NCBI GenBank assembly: GCA_023150495.1
Contig: JAKLKT010000002.1
Location: 1 to 25,399 of the forward strand
From: Planctomycetota bacterium
GTDB lineage: Bacteria > Planctomycetota > PLA2
Length of the DNA stretch: 25,399 nucleotides
Direction of reading: 5' to 3'
Below, one piece after another: positions 1-6,196 of this stretch. Every line of letters starts with the position of its first letter. Position 1 is the first letter of the stretch. The notes below the pieces were generated by a model. It was not told the origin of the DNA. It was given only the letters and a program-made list of their open reading frames with translations, and did no database searches. The translations under genes and the position numbers were made by a program.

Positions 1-658
1 CCTTCGCCTCCTTCGCGGCCTTGCCCTTGAGCTCGACCACGGGCTCGGCGCTCGGCGCGTCGCCCTCGGCCCCGGCGGCCGCGGCCGCCTCGGCCGGCGC
101 GGCCTCCTCGACCTTGCGCTGCGGGACGACGTGCACGATGAGATCGCTCGCGTGGCCCGCGGCGCGCACGTTGGGCGGGAAGACGACCTCCCGCACGTGG
201 ACGCCTTCGAAGAGCTTCAGCGCGGAGACGTCGATGCGGATCTCGTTCGGGATCGAGTCGACGCGGGAGAAGACCTCGATCTCGGCCTTCACCAGCTGGA
301 GCTCGCCGCCCTCGCCGACGCCCGCGGGGACGCCGAACGTGTGGACGGGCACCTTGATCCTCACCTCGTCGCTCATCTCGACGCGGACGAAGTCCACGTG
401 CTGGACGTACTCGCCGAGCACATCCCACTTCACCTCGCGGAGGAGCGCGGTCTGCTCCTGCTCGCCGAGCTTCAGCCGGACGAGCGCGCTGTGGGCCTTG
501 AGCACCTCGCCGATGTCCTTGGCCTTCGTGAAAAGCGGGACGTTGCTCTGCTTGCCGCCGTAGAGGATGCAGGGCACGCGGCCCTGGCGGAGGGCGCGCC
601 GCGCCTGGGCGCTGCCGCTGGTCTCGCGCTTCTCGACGGGAAGATCGAGGATCTGCAT
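1..658 (-). CDS. rplY: 50S ribosomal protein L25 / general stress protein Ctc (TL5-type long form), 3' end runs off the window
   Basis: Manual translation from ATG at 658: MQILDLPVEKRETSGSAQARRALRQGRVPCILYGG...EVKWDVLGEYVQHVDFVRV...VPVHTFGVPAGVGEGG..., with an Ala/Glu-rich tail. GAGG lies upstream. Located downstream of prs, the usual prs-rplY order. Absent from the ORF track because no stop falls inside the window. Confidence 0.95.
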   Translation of the reverse strand, partial: MQILDLPVEKRETSGSAQARRALRQGRVPCILYGGKQSNVPLFTKAKDIGEVLKAHSALVRLKLGEQEQTALLREVKWDVLGEYVQHVDFVRVEMSDEVRIKVPVHTFGVPAGVGEGGELQLVKAEIEVFSRVDSIPNEIRIDVSALKLFEGVHVREVVFPPNVRAAGHASDLIVHVVPQRKVEEAAPAEAAAAAGAEGDAPSAEPVVELKGKAAKEAK

Positions 659-733
659 GGGTACCTCGCTTGGGAGCCCGGTATGGTAGCGGATCCCGCA
701 AGCCTCGCCAGCGCCCGGCCCGGGGGCCGGAAC

Positions 734-749
734 CGGGGGGGCTCCGGGG
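734..749 (-). repeat. C-tract motif family A (CCCCGGAGCCCCCCCG), copy 1
   Basis: Exact 16-mer also at 1795-1810 and 22324-22339. This copy lies 6 nt after the prs stop. Confidence 0.6.
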
Positions 750-755
750 GGGTCC

Positions 756-1709
756 CTACTCGTCCAGGTCCATCTGGAAGAGCCGGGAGACCGACTCCGC
801 GTGGTGGATCCTGAGGATCGCCTCCCCGAGGAGCCGCGCGACCGACAGCACCCTGAGGTTCGGCCGCTGCTTCGCCTCGGGGAGCGGGATCGTGTCGGTC
901 ACGACGGTCGCCTCGACCGGCGCGGCGTCGAGCAGCGCCATCGCGTTCCCGCAGAGGAGCGCGTGGGTCGCCGCGAGGTAGATCTCCTTCGCGCCGAGGT
1001 CGTGGACGGTCTTCGCGGCCTGCGTGATCGAGCTCCCGGTCGAGATCATGTCGTCGATCAGCAGCACGCCCTTGCCTTTCACCTCGCCGATGACGCTCAT
1101 CACCTCCGTCACGCGATCGGAGACGCGCCGCTTGTCGACGATCGCGAGGCCGGCGTTGAGCCGCTTCGCGTAGCCGCGCGCGAGCCGCGAGGAGCCGACG
1201 TCGGGCGCCACGACGACCAGGTCCTTGATGTCGAGGCGGCGGAAGTAGCGGCTCAGCACGGGCGACGCGTAGAGGTGGTCCACGGGGATGTCGAAGAACC
1301 CCTGGATCTGGGCGGCGTGCAGGTCGAGCGCGAGCACGCGCGACGCGCCCGCCTGGACGATCATGTTCGAGACGAGCTTCGCGGAGATCGGGACGCGCCC
1401 CTCGTCCTTCCGGTCCTGGCGGGCGTAGCCGAAGTAGGGGACGACGGCCGTGATCCGCTCCGCCGAGGCGCGCTTGAAGGCGTCGATCAGGAGCACGAGC
1501 TCCATCAGGTTGTCGTTCACCGGCGGGCAGGTCGGCTGGAGGACGAAGACGTCCGCGCCGCGCACGTCCTCCTCGATCTTCACGCGCACCTCGCCGTCCG
1601 GGAAGCGCGTCACGCTGGCCTCGCCGAGCCGGATGTTCAGGTGCTCGCACATGCGCTCCGCGAGCGGCCGGTTGGCGGTGCCGCTGAAGACCTTCATCGA
1701 GTTGGCCAT
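756..1709 (-). CDS. prs: Ribose-phosphate pyrophosphokinase (PRPP synthetase), 317 aa
   Basis: C-terminal half of ORF 756..2678. MANSMKVFSGTANRPLA..., FPDGEVRVKIEEDVRG, PYFGYARQDRK, DLHAAQIQGFF, VAPDVG, LIDDMISTG. AGGAG SD before ATG 1709. Confidence 0.97.
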   Translation of the reverse strand: MANSMKVFSGTANRPLAERMCEHLNIRLGEASVTRFPDGEVRVKIEEDVRGADVFVLQPTCPPVNDNLMELVLLIDAFKRASAERITAVVPYFGYARQDRKDEGRVPISAKLVSNMIVQAGASRVLALDLHAAQIQGFFDIPVDHLYASPVLSRYFRRLDIKDLVVVAPDVGSSRLARGYAKRLNAGLAIVDKRRVSDRVTEVMSVIGEVKGKGVLLIDDMISTGSSITQAAKTVHDLGAKEIYLAATHALLCGNAMALLDAAPVEATVVTDTIPLPEAKQRPNLRVLSVARLLGEAILRIHHAESVSRLFQMDLDE

Positions 1710-1794
1710 CGGTTCTCCTGTCGCCGCGCCCCTCCCCGGACGCGGCGTCCTTGCGCGGCGTTGATTCTTCCATCCCGCGGCGACCGCGGGAAGG

Positions 1795-1810
1795 CCCCGG
1801 AGCCCCCCCG
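1795..1810 (+). repeat. C-tract motif family A, copy 2
   Basis: Exact CCCCGGAGCCCCCCCG, 9 nt after the glmU stop (G-rich on the mRNA). Confidence 0.6.
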
Positions 1811-1819
1811 GATGAGCCG

Positions 1820-2767
1820 TTACGGAAGCGTCGCGCCGTCGGGAACGACGGCCCCGCGCGGCACGTGCGCGTGCGGGCCGATGCGGCACTTCCTCCCGAT
1901 GCGGGCGCCGGCGCCGACGAACGTGAACGGCAGGAGCGTCGTGCCCGGGCCGATCTCCACGTCGACATCGATCCTCGTGGAGTCGGGGTCCGCGATTCGG
2001 ACCCCTTCGAGGAGGAGGCGGTCCACCGCCCGGCGGCGGAGGATCCGCACCGCCTCGGCGAGCTCGAGGGGGTTGTTGACGCCGAGCGCGGCCCCCTCGT
2101 CGAGCGTCCGGAAGGCGTCCACCGGCAGGCCGTCGGCGAGGAGGAGGCGCGGGACGTCGGTCAGGTAGTACTCCCCCTGGGCGTTCTCGGGGGTCAGGCG
2201 CGCGAGCGCGGGGGCGAGCCGGTCGATGCCCGCCACCATGACCCCGGTGTTGATCTCCCTCACGGCGCGCTCCGCGGGGGTGGCGTCCGCGGTCTCGCGG
2301 ATGTCCTTGAGGCGGCCGTCCGGGCCGCGGAGGATCCGGCCGAGCGAGCCCGGCTCGCGCACCTCGGCGGAGAGGACGGTGAGCGCGCGCTGGGCGCGGG
2401 CGTGGTCGCGGACGAGGTCCCTTAGCACCGCGGAGGTGAGGAGCGGGGTGTCGCCGCAGACGACGAGGACATCGCCGCCAAAACCCCTGAGCGCGGGCAG
2501 GGCGCACTGGACCGCGTGACCCGTCCCGCGCTGCTCCGCCTGGTGCGCGAGGACGACGCCGCTCTTCGCGAGCGCGGCCTTGACCGCGTCGCCGCCGTGG
2601 CCGTGGACGACGACGACGGGCCCCGAGGCCACGGGCTGAAGCGCCGCGAGGACGTGCTCCAGGAGCGCGCGGCCGCACGCCTCGACGAGCACCTTGGGCA
2701 CGTCCGCCTTCATCCGCTTGCCTTGGCCCGCGGCGAGGACGACGGCGGCGAGAGGTCTTTCCTGCAT
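1820..2767 (-). CDS. glmU: Short GlmU-like protein: GlcNAc-1-phosphate uridyltransferase domain plus a truncated left-handed beta-helix, 315 aa
   Basis: VVLAAGQGKRM..VPKVL, QAEQRGTGHAV, VVCGDTPLL, GRILR, EINTG, NAQGEYYLTD, GVNNPLEL, then only a few hexapeptide repeats before TAA. Sits upstream of prs as in glmU-prs clusters. Confidence 0.88.
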   Translation of the reverse strand: MQERPLAAVVLAAGQGKRMKADVPKVLVEACGRALLEHVLAALQPVASGPVVVVHGHGGDAVKAALAKSGVVLAHQAEQRGTGHAVQCALPALRGFGGDVLVVCGDTPLLTSAVLRDLVRDHARAQRALTVLSAEVREPGSLGRILRGPDGRLKDIRETADATPAERAVREINTGVMVAGIDRLAPALARLTPENAQGEYYLTDVPRLLLADGLPVDAFRTLDEGAALGVNNPLELAEAVRILRRRAVDRLLLEGVRIADPDSTRIDVDVEIGPGTTLLPFTFVGAGARIGRKCRIGPHAHVPRGAVVPDGATLP

Positions 2768-2840
2768 GGCTACCCGGCCAGGATTCGAACCTGGACTAAG
2801 AGATCCAAAGTCTCCTGTGCTACCGTTACACCACCGGGTA
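2767..2840 (-). tRNA. tRNA-Gln(UUG) with encoded CCA
   Basis: Reverse complement folds as TACCCGG/CCGGGTA acceptor stem (U1-A72), GGAGA-CTTTGGA-TCTCT anticodon arm (TTG), CCAGG-TTCGAAT-CCTGG T arm, discriminator G, then CCA. Confidence 0.97.
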
Positions 2841-2869
2841 TCGGCTCATGGGGCGCGTTTGAGGAGCCG

Positions 2870-2883
2870 GCCCCCGCACCCCC
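2870..2883 (+). repeat. C-tract motif family B (GCCCCCGCACCCCC), copy 1
   Basis: Exact 14-mer also at 15700-15713, 16649-16662 (reverse) and 19737-19750. This copy lies 5 nt after the cinA stop. Confidence 0.6.
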
Positions 2884-2885
2884 TA

Positions 2886-2891
2886 AGCCTA
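2886..2891 (-). promoter_or_regulatory. Candidate -10 element (TAGGCT) for the tRNA-Gln-glmU-prs transcript
   Basis: TANNNT hexamer overlapping the cinA stop codon, 45 nt upstream of the tRNA 5' end. Same hexamer as before mqnC. No recognisable -35. Confidence 0.3.
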
Positions 2892-4103
2892 ACCCAGAAG
2901 GCGGTGGCGGAGCAGGTCGAGCGCGATCCACGCGAAGCGGCGGCGGACGGCGTTCCGGTCGCCGCGGCAGGAGACCTTCTCGACCGCCTCCCCCTTCGGG
3001 CCGACGATGGCCACGAACCCGCGCCCGGTCGGGGTCCCCTTCTCGTCGAGGTCGGGGCCGGCGACCCCCGTCGTCGCGATCCCCACGTCCGCCGAGAGCT
3101 TCTTCCGCGCGGCGCGCGCCATGCGGAGAGCCGTCTCCTCGGAGACGGTGCCCTCCTTCGAGAGCACGGTCTTCGGCACGTCGAGGAGCTCGTGCTTCGC
3201 CTCCGCGACGTAGGCGACGATCGACCCCTTGAGCACCTGGGACGCGCCGGCCTGGTCGACGACGAGGCTCGCGAGCATGCCGCCCGTGATCGACTCCGCC
3301 AGCGCGAGCGTCAGCCCGCGCTCCTTCATCGCGCCGAGGACGACGCCCGCGAGCGTCTGGTCCCCCTCGCCGAAGACGTAGGGGCCGAGCCTCTTCCGGA
3401 TGTCGCTCGCGCGCTGCTCCGCGGACGCGCCGGTGATCGTGATCGTGATGATCCCGTCGCGCACGTTGACGCCGACGACCGGGTCGCGCGCCCGGTCGAG
3501 GAGCTCGCCCAGCTTCTCCGCCACCTCCGCCTCGCGGAGCCCGAACACGCGCAGCACGCGCGAGGGCATGGGCTTCGTCCCCGCGAAGGTCGCCTTCATG
3601 TCCGGCAGCACGGACTGCTCGAAGATCGCCTCGAGCTCGAGCGGCACGCCCGGGAGCGCGTAGACCGGGGTGCCCCCCATCTCCACGCGGAGCCCCGCTG
3701 CCATTCCGACCGGGTTCGGGAGGATGACCGCGCCCTCGGGCACGCGCGCCATGCGGGCGTTCCTCCGCGGCGCCTTGCCGCCCGCCTTCTCCATGACCTG
3801 CGCCTTGAGCGTGCGGTCGGGCACGAGGAGCTTCCCGGCGGCGCCCGCCAGCGCCTCGCGCGTCACGTCGTCGGGCGTCGGGCCGAGCCCGCCCGTCACG
3901 ACGACGGCGTCCGCGCGCCCCGCGAGGCTCTTGAGCGAGTCCGCGATCGCGAACTCGTCGTCCCCGACCGTGTCGGTCGCGACGACGAGGAACCCCGCGT
4001 CGGTCAGCCGCTGCGCCATGTAGGGCGCGTTCGTGTTGATCGTCCGGCCCCCGAGCAGCTCGTCGCCGACCGAGAGTATGGCTGCGCGCGTGAGCTTCAT
4101 CAT
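2889..4103 (-). CDS. cinA: CinA family protein (molybdopterin-binding-like N-terminal domain plus NMN deamidase PncC domain), about 404 aa
   Basis: AAILSVGDELLGGRTINTNA, VVVTGGLGPTPDDVTREA, YALPGVPLE, LAESITGG, YVAEAK, GIATTGVAGP. ATG ATG at 4103/4100 preferred over the track start at 4136. Confidence 0.93.
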   Translation of the reverse strand: MMKLTRAAILSVGDELLGGRTINTNAPYMAQRLTDAGFLVVATDTVGDDEFAIADSLKSLAGRADAVVVTGGLGPTPDDVTREALAGAAGKLLVPDRTLKAQVMEKAGGKAPRRNARMARVPEGAVILPNPVGMAAGLRVEMGGTPVYALPGVPLELEAIFEQSVLPDMKATFAGTKPMPSRVLRVFGLREAEVAEKLGELLDRARDPVVGVNVRDGIITITITGASAEQRASDIRKRLGPYVFGEGDQTLAGVVLGAMKERGLTLALAESITGGMLASLVVDQAGASQVLKGSIVAYVAEAKHELLDVPKTVLSKEGTVSEETALRMARAARKKLSADVGIATTGVAGPDLDEKGTPTGRGFVAIVGPKGEAVEKVSCRGDRNAVRRRFAWIALDLLRHRLLG

Positions 4104-4245
4104 GGATTCCGACTTGCCGCTCCGCGAGCGGCGCACCCCATGCTACCGCCCGCTCCAAGGCGCCCGCTGCTCGCCGGCTGCCGCGGCCCAAGCTGACGTC
4201 CCGCAGCGGCGAAGGAACGGACGTTCGACACGATGCGCGGACCTC

Positions 4246-5313
4246 TCACGCCGAGAACCGGATGTTGAGGATGTCGCCGTCGGCGACGACGTACTCCCTC
4301 CCCTCGAGCCGCTGCTTCCCCTTCGCCTTGACGTCCCGCATGGAGCCGAGCGAGCGGAGGTCCTCGTAGGGGGTCACTTCGGCCCGGATGAACCCCTTCG
4401 CGAGGTCGCTGTGGATCTTCCCGGCCGCCGTGACCGCGTCGTCGCCCTCCTCGACGGTCCAGGCGCGCACCTCGTCCTCCCCCACCGTGAAGAACGACAG
4501 GAGGCCGAGGCCGCGGTAGCAGGCGAGGTTGAAACGGTCGCGCAGGGGCTCGGTGATGCCGTACTCCTCCGCGAAGAGGGCCCGGTCCTCGCCCTCGAGC
4601 CCGCTCAGGTCGGCCTCGAGCTTCAGGCAGGCCTCGAACCGGTGCCGGACATCGAGGGGTGAGGGGGGCAGGGGGGGAGCGGGGACGCCCTCCGCGAGGT
4701 TCACGACGACGACCGCGGGCTTCCTCGTGAGGAGGAGGAACCCCTTCACGAACGCCTCCTCCTCGGGGCGCAGCTCGACCTCGTGGGCCCCGCGCCCCTC
4801 GCGCAAGGCGGTGGCGAGGCGCTCCACGACCGCGCGCTCGCGCTCCACGCGGTCGCGCTCCTGCGGCTTCTTCCACTCGGTGGCGAGGCGCTCGAGGCGC
4901 CGCTCGCAGACCTCGAGGTCCGCGCTCAGGAACTCGAGTGCCAGGAGCTCGAGGTCGCGCGCGGGGTCCGCGGAGGGCTCGTCGTAGGCGTAGGACGACG
5001 TCGCGAACGCGCGGAGCACGAGCGCGAGGCCGTCCGCCTGCCGCATCTGGCCGAAGAGCTCGCCCCTGCGGTCGCTCTTCGCCGAGCCCGAGGGGATCCC
5101 CGGGTGATCCTCCACCGTGACCGTCGCCGGCGTGTACTTCTTCGGCTGGAAGAGGTCCCGGAGCCACTCGAGCCGCTGGTCCCTCACCTGCACGACCGCC
5201 ACGGAGGGCGCGGCGCCCGGCACCCCGGGCAGGAGCGGCACCTGCTTCGACGAGATGGCATTGAAGAGCGTCGTCTTCCCGCCGCCCGGACGTCCCACGA
5301 GTGCGATCTTCAT
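4246..5313 (-). CDS. ychF: YchF/OLA1-family ATPase (divergent paralog-like; TGS/DUF933 C-terminus), 355 aa
   Basis: MKIALVGRPGGGKTTLFNA, VRDQRLEWL..PKKYTPATV..D, SFFTVGEDEVRAWT, AGKIHSDLAKGFIRAEV, EGREYVVADGDILNIRF. GGAGG SD. Confidence 0.9.
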   Translation of the reverse strand: MKIALVGRPGGGKTTLFNAISSKQVPLLPGVPGAAPSVAVVQVRDQRLEWLRDLFQPKKYTPATVTVEDHPGIPSGSAKSDRRGELFGQMRQADGLALVLRAFATSSYAYDEPSADPARDLELLALEFLSADLEVCERRLERLATEWKKPQERDRVERERAVVERLATALREGRGAHEVELRPEEEAFVKGFLLLTRKPAVVVVNLAEGVPAPPLPPSPLDVRHRFEACLKLEADLSGLEGEDRALFAEEYGITEPLRDRFNLACYRGLGLLSFFTVGEDEVRAWTVEEGDDAVTAAGKIHSDLAKGFIRAEVTPYEDLRSLGSMRDVKAKGKQRLEGREYVVADGDILNIRFSA

Positions 5314-5332
5314 CGTGCCCCCCCTCCCATGG

Positions 5333-6079
5333 TCAAGCGGCCTCCCGCTTCCGCGCGAGCCGCGCCCCGACGAAGATCGCCCCCTCGTAGAGGAGGAGGA
5401 GCGTCACGGAGAGCGCGGTCTGGCTGATCACGTCGGGCGGCGTCAGGAGCGCGCCGACGACGAACGCGAGCACGATCGCCCAGCGCCGGTGGCGCCGGAA
5501 CGTCCCTGGCTCCACCACGCCGAGGCGCATGAGGAAGACCATGACGAGCGGGAGCTGGAACACGACGCCGAAGATGAACATCATCCAGGCGACGAGCGAG
5601 ACGTAGGGGCCGATCGAGATGAAGCTCTCGAGGCCCGTCGTGTCCGCCGCGAAGCCGACGAGGAACTCGAACGCCCAGGGGAGGACGTAGACGTAGGCCA
5701 GCGCCGCTCCGGCGAAGAAGAGGAGGAACCCCGGGAGCGCGTAGTACTTCACCGATCGCCGCTCGTGCGAGTAGAGCCCGGCCGCGACGAACCCCCAGAT
5801 CTGGTGCAGGATGTAGGGCCCCGCCAGCGCGATCCCCGCGAAGATGGAGATGACCATGCTCGCCATGAACCCCTCGGCGAGCGCGGTCTGGATGAGCCTC
5901 GTGTTCCTGTGCTTCTCGATCGCCTGGTCCAGCGGCGCGCGCAGGAAGGAGAAGACGCGATCCGCCTGCCAGAACGCGATGCCCGCGCCCGCGCAGGTGG
6001 CGACCACGCAGCGGAGGAGGCGCGTCCGGAGCTCGTCCAGGTGCTCCGAGAGGGTCATGCGCGTTCCGCCTTCGCTCAC
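5333..6079 (-). CDS. tatC: Sec-independent protein translocase subunit TatC
   Basis: MTLSEHLDELRTRL, QIWGFVAAGLYSHE, FGVVFQLPLV, GALLTPPDVISQ, LLYE, with six hydrophobic segments. Start uncertain (GTG 6085, GTG 6079 or ATG 6058); 6079 chosen from promoter geometry. Confidence 0.95.
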   Translation of the reverse strand: MSEGGTRMTLSEHLDELRTRLLRCVVATCAGAGIAFWQADRVFSFLRAPLDQAIEKHRNTRLIQTALAEGFMASMVISIFAGIALAGPYILHQIWGFVAAGLYSHERRSVKYYALPGFLLFFAGAALAYVYVLPWAFEFLVGFAADTTGLESFISIGPYVSLVAWMMFIFGVVFQLPLVMVFLMRLGVVEPGTFRRHRRWAIVLAFVVGALLTPPDVISQTALSVTLLLLYEGAIFVGARLARKREAA

Positions 6080-6087
6080 GGGCACGG

Positions 6088-6093
6088 ATTCTA
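6088..6093 (-). promoter_or_regulatory. Candidate -10 element TAGAAT for tatC-ychF
   Basis: Near-consensus -10 hexamer 8 nt upstream of GTG 6079. No -35 seen. Confidence 0.5.
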
Positions 6094-6142
6094 CGCGGGC
6101 CGGAGAAGGTTCGGGCCCGAGGGGTCTTCCCGGGAAATGCGA

Positions 6143-6166
6143 CGGGCGGCGCCGCTGCGCCGCCCG
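6143..6166 (-). terminator. GC hairpin (10-bp stem, 4-nt loop) after the coiled-coil gene; possible terminator or 3' stabiliser
   Basis: CGGGCGGCGC-CGCT-GCGCCGCCCG is a perfect stem 30 nt downstream of TAG 6197. Only a weak U-tract (TCGCATTT) follows. Confidence 0.4.
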
Positions 6167-6196
6167 CCTCTTCCGTATCGTCCGGGACTTCCCGGT

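Noticed and set aside
1741-1791. Direct repeat CGCGGCGT x2 and an 8-bp hairpin (1773-1791) between glmU and prs
   Set aside because: Short, GC-only and with no U-tract. It is plausibly a processing or stability stem but cannot be distinguished from chance at this GC content.
1710-2678. N-terminal extension of Prs (640-aa ORF)
   Set aside because: It is the off-frame shadow of glmU. An AGGAG SD marks the true prs start at 1709.
2694-2840. ORF 2694..4196 beginning across the tRNA (MATRPGFEPGLRDPKSPVLPLHHR)
   Set aside because: This peptide is the typical antisense translation of a tRNA-Gln gene and is not coding.
2767-2890. tRNA-Gln as an integration site for a genomic island
   Set aside because: No integrase, no duplicated tRNA 3' end (att) in the window, and housekeeping genes on both sides.
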